A DNA stretch of 63,834 bases, filler included, from Octopus bimaculoides (Eukaryota), in the NCBI RefSeq assembly GCF_001194135.2. It is 9 parts of 9 records of this genome, joined end to end, with 100 filler letters (N's around TTAATTAATTAA, not from the genome) between each part and the next. Parts side by side here need not be neighbours in the genome. Positions count along the whole stretch, not along the records: positions 36,459 to 43,142 come from NC_068986.1; positions 43,243 to 46,521 come from NC_068981.1; positions 46,622 to 54,629 come from NC_068988.1; 6 more parts are not named here. One strand, given 5' to 3'. The notes beneath the pieces were generated by a model that was given only the letters and a program-made list of their open reading frames with translations, was not told where the DNA came from and searched no databases. Positions 37,571 through 50,068 of this stretch are shown here, piece by piece (position 1 is the first letter of the stretch; every line of letters begins with the position of its first letter). Both the position numbers and the translations under genes were made by a program.

Positions 37571-38919
37571 AATCCTTGACGCTTATATATCACTGGGAGA
37601 ATTACGATAATATCGTTGAACACCACAAGATAACGTGCCCTTCGTTAAGGAAAAAGGTTATGCAACAAACTATTCTATTTTTTCCCCAGTAGTGAAACAA
37701 CTAAAATTTCTGCGCTCATTTATGACTAAGATATAACCAAGTATACAGAAGCATGTTTCTCTAAACAAATTGCTTTCAAACTATCAGATTAGTGGTTGGA
37801 TACTAAAAGCTTTTACAATGAGAGATTTGACAGTGATGTTCATACTACTTCGAAAATATCTTGTGTTAAGCAAGTTGAACTGCTGTCTCACGGCAATAGT
37901 TCCCCGGTGGACTAGGTTTTACCTACCACTAAAATTTAAGTAAATTCGACCATCTTAAGCATACCTTTATGCATTGTGTCTCTGTTCTTTAGAAGTTAGA
38001 GGGACCAATATGCTATTTTACATGGAAAATTTGGTTCCGAACTTCGATATACAATACAGAAAAATAAACAGAAATATGAGTGGTACCATGGGATTTCAAA
38101 ACTTCCTTCTTCAAATACTCGCATCAGAAATGTACACTGCAACAGTTTAACTTATAAAGGTCGTCAGATGCAAAACTGTCAGCGAAAATGATTGCAAAAC
38201 ACGACAACACTTCTTCTGAAATTCTTAAAAAGCATCTAGAACAAGCTGCCGCAGGCTAGTAGCAGCGGCCTGATACGTTGTAGCCAACACACCATGATAT
38301 AGAAAAAAATTATCAAAATCTTACGTAATAAACCAGTTTTTTATGCAAGTACTTTATCGGCGTAAAAAAATTATATAAGGTTTAAAATGTTAACATCTTT
38401 AAAACATTACCGATAATTCCACGCATTCAACAAAATTTTGACTTACAAATTTTCAAAATTGAAAGAACTGTTTTTCTTCACTGTGAGAAAATCGCTATTA
38501 TCATCGAATGCGTTTGAAACTGAACTACTTTACAAGACTTTTACCTATCTTCATAACATTTTTCTTTAACTGATAATTAAAAATTGCAAAACATGTTCCA
38601 TTTTTTTAATAGTTTTTTAAGTATTGATATATAAACGCTTAAATTAAAATTTCTATAAGCCACATATTATTTAACCTTCCGTTCCTTTTATGAATGTACA
38701 TGCAGGTAAGTGGATTTTAGTTATTTTGATTCCCATTTGTCACCATTACCTACCAATATGTGTGTGTGCCTGTCTGTTTGTGAGTGTGTCGGCACACATG
38801 CGTGTGTTACATTGCGTACATTTATCAAGTGTGTGTAAATATTTTTAAATATTTTGCATTTATACATTAATTCCAATTAAAAATCAATTAATTGAAATGT
38901 ATTTTTGTGCTTATACATG

Positions 38920-38997
<78 letters not shown>

Positions 38998-39179
38998 ATT
39001 ATATATATATTATATACATACACACATTTACACACACACACACACACAATAGACATACATCACACATATGTATACACACACAAATATATAATATACATGC
39101 ATACACATATGTATACACGTATATATATGTATATGTGTGTGGGTGTCTGCAGATATATATATATATATATATGTGTGCC

Positions 39180-39211
<32 letters not shown>

Positions 39212-39275
39212 NNNNNNNNNNNNNNNNNNNNNNNNNNNNNNNNNNNNNNNNNNNNNNNNNNNNNNNNNNNNNNNN

Positions 39276-39326
<51 letters not shown>

Positions 39327-40005
39327 TTATTTATTTATTATATATATAAATATATATATTTATATTTATATATTTATATAATTCATTCGTGCGATTAAAT
39401 AAGCGTTTATGATTGCTGCATAATACATATATCGAAATTTAAATCAGTGAACTAGAAAACAAATTTGTGTGAGTATGTGTGCGTGTGTGTGTATCTATGC
39501 ATATATAATTTGTGCTTCAGTGTGTGTGTGTACATGTGCGTAAAGTGTTCGATTTTATTCAGATGTATTATGGTCTTTGCCTACAACTAACTGCATGAAA
39601 AGTAATAGATAAGAAATACAATATATGTACCCAGTTCTGCTGTTTCCTTTAAGTAACATATCTTCACAATTTTTTTTCTTCAAAACAGCGACACCTGATT
39701 CAAGGTTGACTTGGCCTTCTAGCAAGCATTTTTAAGATATCGATTTCAAGTCAAAGGTCAGCATGCCTAATCTAAATAAAAGATTTGTAATTAGATAGAA
39801 AATTGTCTTCGATGTAGGAAGTGTGCTATCATGTGATCTCAAACAGTTACAGAAGGAAATAAAGTCATACTTGATTACGATCAATAGAATTTCCTTCATA
39901 TTACAATTGATGACGTATTTTATTGGCTTTAAATTATAGCTTTATGTTGTTGCTTTTTTTTTCTAGTGGAGTTTCACAATAAAATCTTCGTTTTCGCAAA
40001 ATTTT

Positions 40006-40452
40006 GTGGCTGTGTAGTGAAGAAGCTGCTTCCCAACTATGTGTTCTTAGGTTCAGTCTTAATGCGTTGCTCCTTGCGCAAGGTGTCTTCTGTTGTAGCC
40101 CCGCGCCGACCAAAGCCTTGGTAGTGAATTTGGTAGACGGAAACTAAAAGAGGCTCCTCGTATATACGCGTGCGCATGTGTGTGCGTGCATGCGTGCGTG
40201 TGTATGCGTGTGTGTGTGTGTGTGTGTGTGTAACTATGTGTATGTGAGTATTTGTGTTTGTCCCTCACCACAGCTTGACAACCACTGTTGGGTTTTACGT
40301 CCCCGTAGCCAAGTGGTTCGGCAAAAGACAACGATATAATAAGTACCTTTCTTTAACATAAATTTGTTAAATTTGTTCGAATAAACCCTTCCATGCAGTG
40401 ACCCAGCATGGCCGCAGTCCAATGACTGAAACAAGACAAAGATAAAAGAATA
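40006..40452 (+). mobile_element. SINE family A, full-length diverged copy
   Basis: Head, ccgaccaaagccttg, ggtagacggaaact, central (TG)n, catggccgcagtccaatgactgaaac tail. Confidence 0.88.
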
Positions 40453-40795
40453 CAAAGAAGAAATCAACACTAAAATTATTTATGAATTTGACATCTATAC
40501 GTAATATAGCAAATTATCTTTTGCAATTAATCGAAAAGTTCTCTTCGGTAATATTTCAATGACGTTCGTACTAATTTCTATTTTACTGCATATAAGATTA
40601 AAATTCAACTAAACATCTAAAGTATGTTACAGATGGTGTTGTTGTTGTTGTTGTCGTTGTTGTTGTTGTTATTTAGCCCCGGATCTACCCTAATCGAACA
40701 GATCTATGGTCATAGGTATTCCAGTATTATCTTTTTTTGAAAAGTATTGAGAAGATTTGGCTGCTATTTCTAGCAGGTCGAATGATCATATAAAG

Positions 40796-41130
40796 CAGGG
40801 ATTCTCAACCATTTTTTTTTTTTATCCATAGACCCTTGCTGATTTACTATTTTATTCTGGTTGACCGCCATAACCATTCGATGCTTAAAAACTAGTTTTA
40901 TACATCTTTCGAAACTCCATTAACTTGTGTTGGCTGAACTATGTAAAATGTTAAAGGAAGAAACCTAGCTGTTTCTTGCAATACATACCAATACATACAT
41001 CTAAAGCAAAATTTTTTAGGAACCCTTAAAATACTATTGTGGATCCCCATTTTATTATTTTGTTATGTGGACCCCAAAAAATCTTATATGGACCTTCAGA
41101 GACCATATGAACCCCGGTTGAGAATCACTG
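40796..41130. mobile_element. hAT/Charlie-type MITE
   Basis: TIRs CAGGGATTCTCAACC / GGTTGAGAATCACTG, 335 bp. No 8-bp TSD is preserved. Confidence 0.8.
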
Positions 41131-41509
41131 AACAGTTTCCTTGTTGACTCGTGCATGCAATGGATTTTGCGGGATATGTGCTCAATCTACGTTTCTTGTA
41201 TAATAACAGAAAAATTGAATCGATACTCAATTACAGCAGACTTAAACAAATCAAAATATATTAATAAATCGAAACTAGTCAAATTTTATTCAGAATGGCT
41301 AACTCAGGACAAAAGAAGAAAATATTCAACAAATAATATTTCAAGTTACAACTTAGTAAATTTTCATCAGAATTTATCTCTAAGGGAAATTTACTTATTG
41401 GTAACATAATTATTAATATAAAGTTATTTATACAATGTTAGTTGGCTTTAAATTCTGAAAAATCATTATAAGATAAATATCAACATCGTTTTATAAAATA
41501 TGTACAATA

Positions 41510-41920
41510 GGCGCAGGAGTGGCTATGTGGTAAGTAGCTTGCTTACCAGCCACATGGTTCTGGGTTTAGTCCCAATGCGTGGCACCTTGGGCAAGTGTCT
41601 TCTACTATAGCCTCGAGCCGACCAAAGCCTTGTGAGTGGATTTGGTAGACGGAACTGAAAGAAGCCTGTCGTGTATATGTATATGTATATATGTATGTGT
41701 ATGTATATGTTTGTGTGTGTGTGTTTGTCCCCCCAACATCGTTTGACAACCGATGGTGGTATGTTTGCGTCCCCGTAACTTAGCGGTTCGGCAAAAGAGA
41801 CCGATAGAATAAGTACTAGGCTTACAAAGAATAAGTCCTGGGGGCGATTTGCTCGACTAAAGGCGGTGCCCCAGCATGGCCGCAGTCAAATGACTGAAAC
41901 AAGTAAAAGAGTAAAAGAGT
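41510..41920 (+). mobile_element. SINE family A, full-length young copy (tRNA head, CORE-like CCTTGGGCAAG, central microsatellite, LINE-like tail)
   Basis: Best-preserved copy, ending (GTAAAAGA)n. Consistent with published tRNA-derived octopus CORE-type SINEs; the exact family was not verified. Confidence 0.93.
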
Positions 41921-42608
41921 AAATATATTTTCCTAAAATGGAAATATATTTTCCTAAATGGAAATAGCTATTATACTGAATCGCACTACAAGCTCACACG
42001 CTTCAAGTGTTGTGTACTAGATAAGTTTCAATTAGTGAATATGATAATTTATAGAATGTAATGGACTTCTAGAAATGAAATTAATTTCTCTGCAAAAAAA
42101 ATCGTGAAAAAAATGTAGTTTCATAATTAAAGAAAAATACATATTTGGCATAAAATTATAAAGTATTGATAAATAAAAGTAATGAATCTGCCGAGTACAC
42201 TTCCAGCTCGGAGTCATTTGCCCGTTCGCCTCATTAATTTGGAGAATGGTTTAATAATCAAATTACATTTTTTAATAAATTCTCAATCTTTCAAATACCG
42301 GTGTGGTTTGAGACTACTTAATTTTGCATTTTAAATTTAATAATATAAGGGAGCAAAATCTAGGAATTATGAGTGGAAAATAGAAAATAGAGACGCCTTT
42401 AACTTTTTCAGAGCCTTATGAGGCTTGACTAACAGCAATAAAAGTGGGAAATTCAAAATGAACTGAGGTCTCCATCTCTCATCTATTTGATTGCACACGT
42501 TATGTTGTTACTCTTAATAGATATTCTAGTTATATGTGAAATATCCTAATCAAACAACCCCGACACCCTGTTGTTTATTAGAACACCACTAAAAATAATC
42601 TAATATAA

Positions 42609-42644
42609 GCGCAGGAGTGGCTGTGTGGTAAGTAGCTAGCTTAC
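42609..42644 (+). mobile_element. SINE family A head only (36 nt)
   Basis: gcgcaggagtggctgtgtggtaagtagctagcttac, then an abrupt switch to unrelated sequence. Confidence 0.85.
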
Positions 42645-43388
42645 TTCCGGTTTGCTCACTGCGCATGTGCGTCAGACTAGCTACTTGCTGTGAACGAAGA
42701 TAGACATGGGTTTCGGCTCTGTCTATAGAAGGAAAAATTGAAGAATTCGCCGGGGAACTTGCTTGTGAACTATTTTCTGAACTCTTTTGTTGAACATGGC
42801 AAAAAAAGGCAACACTGTCTTGGAGTGGGAACTGTGCACACCCAAGCAGTGGTTGAAAGAAATGGAGGAAAGAACAGTGACGCTCCGGACCTACTCAAAG
42901 GTGTTGGATAGCGTCACTGTCTTTCCTCAAACTATTATTGAAAAAGAACTTACGAATGTTAATATCAACTTTAAATATATTTCAAGGGGAGTCAAATATG
43001 CAACCGTGTGGTTGCTTTTTGACTCTCCGAGTGAAGCGCGCAAATTTGCGAGTGGTCCCATTGAGGGCAAAGAAATTTTGTTTCTGCCCACATATTGTGG
43101 ACAAAAAATAACGAGGGCTTGGGTCTGCGGGTTGCCGCCTGGNNNNNNNNNNNNNNNNNNNNNNNNNNNNNNNNNNNNNNNNNNNNTTAATTAATTAANN
43201 NNNNNNNNNNNNNNNNNNNNNNNNNNNNNNNNNNNNNNNNNNGTATATCCCAAACGATTTCGATCCCTTTTGATCGTTGTCCCTATTTTTATTTTTTAAT
43301 TTCAGTTGTTTTCGCCCCACTCAAAAAGAAAAACTCTACATTATATTTGCCCCCTCTATGTTCAGCCCTGTGTGGCCAATAAAGAAAG

Positions 43389-43450
<62 letters not shown>
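42645..43450 (+). mobile_element. Tx1/L1-like LINE: 5' UTR and ORF1 start, gap, 3' end with AATAAA and (TATC)n tail
   Basis: Stop-free ORF from ATG 42796 to the gap. After the gap: ttcagccctgtgtggccAATAAAgaaagtt(ATCT)n. The body is hidden in the 100-bp linker gap, so the two ends are only inferred to belong together. Confidence 0.6.
42796..43142 (+). CDS. LINE ORF1 N-terminus (RRM-like), truncated by gap
   Basis: MAKKGNTVLEWELCTPKQWLKEMEERTVTLRTYSK...TVWLLFDSPSEARKFASGPIEGKEILFLPTYCGQKITRAWVCGLPP. About 115 codons with no stop. The fold is inferred by resemblance to Tx1 ORF1 proteins. Confidence 0.55.
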
Positions 43451-43973
43451 GTGGATCTTTTTCGTTTTCTTCCAACCAGTTGAAATTTTTTGAATTTTCA
43501 ATGGATTATTTAAAAATTTTTCTACACTGTATCAATTTTACATGCTGATGGCGAAAATACCAGTCATTTTCAACTAAAATTCATAATAAAGAAGTTAGAA
43601 GCATTTAAAGTTACATGACTTTAGCCAATGAAATAAGTCCAATGTCCTCACAAGCGGAAGTCAAAACTGTTTTGTTGCCATGGGAACTCCAGTATACCGT
43701 TGTTTACCCACAGAACCATATAAAAATTTTGAAAATGAAGACAGAAGGGGAACCATAAAGATTGAATGAAAGACGAATTTTTGAAGCTAAAAACATTACG
43801 GAACCTTAAATTTTTATTTAAAAAAAAAAACGAATAAAAAGATTTTCTCGGGTTTTCTTTTAAAAAATGTATTTAGTAAAAGAAAACAATGATGAAATAA
43901 TGAATATTTTCTGGGGTTTGACGTAATGAAAGAAAAGGAATATCTTTTTATTTTCTCCAGCCACTTGAAGATA

Positions 43974-44012
<39 letters not shown>

Positions 44013-44131
44013 ATATATATATATATATATATACATATATATAGTTCAAATTTATAGAAGAACAAAGACGAAGACAGGTGTATGAACAACAAGCAAGTGC
44101 ATTAGTTTGACGCTCGGGGAAATGGAAAAGT

Positions 44132-44167
44132 CTCTTACGTTTCAAGCCTATGCTCTTCGATAGAAAG
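44132..44167 (-). ncRNA. Variant minimal hammerhead-like motif in a short repeat (about 44055-44200)
   Basis: RC: CTTT-CTATCGA-A-GAGC-ATAG-GCTT-GAAAC-GTA-AGAG. Stems I and II pair and the triplet is GUA, but the core deviates from CUGANGA. Confidence 0.5.
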
Positions 44168-44822
44168 GAATAAGAGGAAACAAATAGAGGGAGAATGAAA
44201 TGAACGTGCTGATTTCAGTGGTCCAAAATGGTCCAACATATATATGTGCGCGCTCGTGCGTACAATTAGAATAATATTATTGCCATAGTTATGGCTCTTG
44301 CTTTCGACAAGCAAGAAATAACAGCCAAAATGAAACAAAGCACATGGGCTTTCAATAAAAGAAAAGAAAACAATGATGAAATAAAACTATTTCTACGAAG
44401 AGATCACATTTTTTGTACACACGGCATCACATAAACTTGCAGAGATCTGTAAAACGATGAGCGCCACAACAGCGTTTATTCCCTCGCTTGAGACAAGCCC
44501 AAATGCTTTCTACTTATTAAGCAAAAGTCTCGTCTTGCGAGTTTAAAAACTCAACCCTGTGGTTCACCGGTCTATGGCGAAATTGGTAACCTGGTATCTT
44601 AGGAATATGTATGAGCGTCACAGGTTACTGCAAATAGTTGTTCCCGACAAAATTAATTGTCAAATGCAATCTTCAAGTGTGTCGTGGTTCTGAGAAGGCA
44701 GAGCAAAAAGAAAACCTCGAGTTTCGTGACAAACACCACCGAAATCCACTATTCGGGTAGCATTCGACTCCGGTTATATTTTTAGCTCGCTCCAGTAAAT
44801 AACTCCTATAGTCTACTGCGGT

Positions 44823-45210
44823 CAGGGCCGGGTTAAGACCCTTAGAGGCCCTAAACACTTGAAATGTTTTGGTGCCCTCGAACAAAAATAATTCAAAATG
44901 TAAGGTATAATAGACCATTAAATGAATTTTTATTTCTCAAAATGAAACAAAATTCACAGTAAGATGGAAAATAATGTTTTTTTTTGTACGCTTCCACTTT
45001 ATTTATATTTGAAAAGTTTTCTCCTTCGTTTTGTTTCTTTATAAGTGTGAAGTGTTCGATGATATCGTTAAAATTAATTTTACGTAAAACTTCTGCTTCT
45101 ATACTGAGACATTACGAATATTCTTTTAGCAAGTTTAAAGTGATTTCTTTCGTGCCATAAACCATTTTCATTTCTATGGTGCCCCAGTCCCTCCTTATAA
45201 AACCTAATAA
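44823..45210. mobile_element. Possible nested hAT-like MITE
   Basis: Starts CAGGGCCGGGTTAAGACC with GGTGCCC motifs at about 44871 and 45178. The right TIR is not recognisable. Confidence 0.3.
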
Positions 45211-45469
45211 TTGTCAACTCTTTCGCCTAGCAGTATGGGTAAACAACAGTAACCTAGCGTTGCTATGACAACTTTCGACTTCCGTTGAGAGGACACTGGT
45301 TAACATTCTTTGGCTAAAAACGCATAACTTTAAATGCGTCCAACTCCATTATTTTTTATTATTTTTTGAAAAGATGAATGGGATTTTCGTCATCAACATG
45401 TAAAACTACATCAAAAGTACATTTTTTGAAAATTTTCAGATTAAAATTAATGGTTGGAAGAAAACATAT

Positions 45470-45738
45470 GTGTGTATGTGTGTGTCTATGTGTGTGTGTA
45501 TGTGTGTGTGCATGTGTGTGAGTGTGTGTGTGTGTTTTTTTTTGTATCTTTCTTTCCCCCACCGCTTGACAACCGGTGTTGGTATGCTTATGTCCTTAGC
45601 AAAACGGTTCTCTAGAATAAGTGTCAAACTTTTAAAAAAATAACAATAGGTACTGCAGTCGATTCATTCGACTGCAGTTTCTCAAGTCGGTGCCCCAGCA
45701 TGGTCGCAGTTTAATGACTGAAACAAGTAAAAGATTAA
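45470..45738 (+). mobile_element. SINE family A, 3' half (older)
   Basis: cccccaccgcttgacaaccggtgttgg...ggtgccccagcatggtcgcagtttaatgactgaaacaagtaaaag. Confidence 0.85.
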
Positions 45739-45839
45739 AATCTGTATATTCCCGGTATACATACTAAACTACAAATACTACCAATAAATAGATGAGTAAG
45801 CACACAAATGTACTCACACACAGACACCTTGTGTGTGTG

Positions 45840-45876
<37 letters not shown>

Positions 45877-46164
45877 GTGTGTGTGTACATACAGCCATTT
45901 AGCTCAGATACGACAGATACCATTACACTTTAAAAGACTTATAAAACAACACGGTGATTAGACTTCATTAAGCAGGCGACACTTAATAACAGACAGGCCA
46001 CACTAATTATTGTAGCAACAAATACGGCGACACTAATCATCTTTGACCGTAACGATCTTAATTAATTCCACCCATCGTTACATTGTAACGTTAATTCTCT
46101 TTCACTCACTCTGTTTACATACAGACATGCATACATTTTACCTTTCGGTATTAATACTGCTTCT

Positions 46165-46400
46165 ATATCTTTTACTCTTTTACTTGTTTCAGTCTTTTGA
46201 CTGTGGCCATGCTGGAGCACCGCCTTTTAGTCGAGCAAATCGACCCCAGGACTTATTCTTTAGAAGCCTAGTACTTATTCTATCGGTCCCTTTTGCCGAA
46301 CCGCTAAGTTACGGGGACATAAACACACAAGCATCGGTTGTCAAGCGATGTTGGGGGGACAAACACAGACGCACAAACACATACACACATACATATATAT
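46165..46400 (-). mobile_element. SINE family A, 3' half (young)
   Basis: Near-exact RC of 41705-41920. Confidence 0.9.
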
Positions 46401-46699
46401 GTAAGAGACGACCGTGCGAACTCATAAAAGGAGAAATGGTGACGAATGGAAAAACAGAGGACTCCTTTTATTTAAACGCGTCACACGGTCGAACACACAA
46501 TAATATATCGAAGATGATATANNNNNNNNNNNNNNNNNNNNNNNNNNNNNNNNNNNNNNNNNNNNTTAATTAATTAANNNNNNNNNNNNNNNNNNNNNNN
46601 NNNNNNNNNNNNNNNNNNNNNTGTGTGTGTGTGTGTGTGTAACTCCTACCGAATGTGTTGAGTGCCTCTTTCATTCTTGTCACATATATAATATATATA

Positions 46700-46968
46700 T
46701 ATGCATATTACGTGGCCATGTCTAGGCGATGAGATGTTGTTACACATCGCTGATGACAACACACTTTTTGCATCGTTTTAACATTCAAATAACGCCACCC
46801 TATTAGTTGTGCAAACAGACCAACATTCCTCTCTGCTCAAAAGAGAGACTGCAGCAACGTGAGATTAAGTGTTGTACTCAAGAACGCAGCGCGCCGCGTA
46901 ATCAGTGAATCGAACCCGCGATCTACCGATCATGAGTGCAAGGACGTAACCACTTGTACACACACCTT
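46700..46968 (-). mobile_element. SINE family B
   Basis: RC head agtggttacgtccttgcactcatgatcggtagatcgcgggttcgattc (B box GGTTCGATT). Matches 15317-15465. Confidence 0.7.
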
Positions 46969-47016
46969 CACAATACACACACAAATATATGCATATGCAT
47001 GTATATAGATGTATAT

Positions 47017-47069
<53 letters not shown>

Positions 47070-50021
47070 TGTATGTGCATGTGTGTATATCTATGTGTGA
47101 GTGCTTGTGTGTTTATGCATATATAAAGAGGGAGAGGCAGAGAGTTCTCTATTATTTAAAAGCCAACAGAAGACCTTAATGTAAATTTAAGTTTTAACAT
47201 TACTATAATGTAGGTAAACATCACATCAATGTCTGAATGATCTTTTGATCTATGTATGTATGGCCACATCGATAGCGTTCACTTGTTGTGCAACCCATTA
47301 TCTCCTATTATACGTGTGTCAGCATTAATGGATTATTGTTTTTAATTTGAGAAAACACTTTTATATTTTTAATTTTGGTATAAAAATATTTATCCCTATC
47401 AGTAGGGAATCTTACTTAACAGTGGAGTAACAAAATTTCGCAAGATTTCATGTAAAAATGCAGCAATGCTTCTTTCGATATCTTCCATACTATTGATGTC
47501 TGACGAGGAATGTAGCAGGTACATAGGGACAGATGACAATCTTTCCTTGGATGGTATTTATCACAAAACCTCCCTAACCGATAAATGATATCACCAGGAA
47601 AAAGTAAATATTCTCCTCAGAGCCTTCTGCAATTTTATTGCTCTCCCTCAATTCGTATATGTATTTAGTACTCTTCAGTGGAAGAAAAGTGCGGTGTTTA
47701 ATACTTAAGCCCAAACATTATTGATCCAAATCACGAATTGTTACATGAACAATGATAAAAGGCAGCTTTTAGAAAAAAATAAAGGACGCAAAATTTTAAC
47801 ATCAAAGTGAACTATCTTACAATATCTACAAAAGACACTCAGAGTTTTTCCATATATCAAGTCGCATACGTGAAGTGAATAACATCATAAAAAGTGGATA
47901 GGTGCTTCTCAGAAAGTACTTCCTTACTGATAGCCAGTTATGTACAGAGACGTTGCTCTACAGTACCTCGACAATACTTGAGAAGCAGAAAAACGCTTCA
48001 GAAGAATGTAATACATTGCTTTGTAGCGTGAAAGCTGGAAATTTCGAAGAATATAGATGTTCGACATGCCTACTTCAAATTAACAACCGTGCTCTCACTT
48101 TACATATTATGGTTTTGCGATATACGAACATGAGTTCATATCGATAAACACAAGACGCACAATCAACATAGATGCAAGCAAACAAACTATATGCTACACC
48201 TTATGCCGAGTTTTGGCAATAGAAATAAGGACATCAGCCACGCTGTAAGCAGGATATGCTTATTCTACGTGAACCGGTGTAGTAACCAGACCAATCCATA
48301 GGTTAGTCTTATTATTGTATTTACATACACTGTGCAATTTGTAGAACGTATGCTACCAAAGATGGAAATATAAAGTTACAAGAATATGGAGATTGCTGTT
48401 GAAATGTTCTCACCAGGACTCCAGTAGGGACCAGATGAAATAAGAGCGTGGAGGTTGAAAAAAGAGATCATGTACCATAATGGAAATTAGTTGCCAAGCA
48501 AATATTAACTTAATGTTAGAGATGATAGGAACCGAACGCATCTATATTAATCTAAAGTTGAATATTCAGTTATTCCACAAACTATAAAGAAGTAAAGCTA
48601 CAGATTTGCAACACTCGAATACGTAACTATGGGTTTCAGTACCAACAGCCAGCTACGAAATCTAGAAGGAACATACATACATACGTAAATAGATTAAAGA
48701 TCTAATCCATCAAGTGGAATTGTAAATATCTGTGCAGCTTTCCAGAAGTTTATCACTTAAATATATAAAATCATGTCAAGATATGCAACTCTAAGCATGA
48801 GAATACCTACATAAAACATACATACATGCAAATATCATGTTGTTGATGTTGAAATACCAATGAAAGAGCCTTGGATCTAGGTTAGAAAACGGTTGTTTTT
48901 CTATTGGTAAGAACTCTTGAAATAAAGCGAATAATGACATACATATGTACACACACACTCACACATATACAAGCGCCCACACAAACAAACACACACACAC
49001 ATATGGTTCCATACATGTTCTATCATATGCATGCATACATGAAAGTATGGTTCTATATATGCGGAAAACCATACGTACATGCATATATACATTCATACAA
49101 GCATACATACGTATTTTATGATACATATCCGTATCCGTGTATAAAACATTTATAAAGAATGATTAACGTGAGGAGTCATCATGTCGAGAAATCTTGGAAG
49201 AGACCAATTTAACACCTCGAAACGATATACGCCTCCAACAGTTGACAGCCATTTCATCTGTAATTTCATATTACATCAGTTTCATTGTACCATTCGGTAA
49301 TAGACACGGGAAGGGATTTAATTGAAATTGGATCTATCGACAAGAGTTCGCTTTGGATTGACTTCACTCTTGATTGAAATAATTATATCTAAATTATGTA
49401 TTTCTTTATAAGGTTTCTGAAGATTGTTTATTGTTTTTGATACTAGCACACACGTCGACAGAAAGCCAGCGAGCCTGAAGGAGAAGTATGCAAGAGACAT
49501 ACAATGCCATAAATTCAATCGAACGTAATTCGGAGACAGCGTAGCACCAGCGTGTGGCAATTATATCGGCAAGTGTATCTCTATTGCATAAATAATATCT
49601 GTGAAATTAAATGGCAAGCCTATATGTCCATACGTAGCATCTTGCACACAGACACACATCCACATAGACACATACACACACACACAAACACACACATACA
49701 ATGTATACACATACATATGTATATAAATATATATATGGATAGTTATATGTATGCATGTAAACATATGTATATATATATATATATATATATGTGTTGTCTT
49801 TATGGGACTGTGTGCATATGTGTGCAGCGTGTTTTATGTGATCGTATGTTTGAGTAAATGTGTATGCACACAGAGCAGAGGCGATTCAATCATTTCCTCT
49901 AATAATATTAGGTTTATGGTCTTATTAAATCATTATACTGAATAGATCGCATGTTTTGTCGAGAAACCATAACAATACAATGCTTATATGTGTGTGTGCG
50001 TGTAACCCACATATATATGGA

Positions 50022-50068
<47 letters not shown>

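Larger units (their letters stand above)
43464..45465. mobile_element. About 2.0-kb non-autonomous DNA transposon with about 250-bp diverged TIRs
   Basis: GTTTTCTTCCAACCA / TGGTTGGAAGAAAAC ends. 43545-43710 is the RC of 45230-45410 (ttttacatgctgatggcgaaaat; gcatttaaagtta; ccgttgtttaccca). No TSD seen. Confidence 0.75.

Noticed and set aside
29953-41600. tRNA-like A/B boxes as tRNA genes
   Set aside because: No complete cloverleaf; each continues into a SINE body.
48334-48392. TGTAG|A-ACG-TAT... giving TYATKDGNIKLQEYGDCC* as a terminal exon
   Set aside because: Too short, weak acceptor, no recognisable domain and no linked upstream exon.
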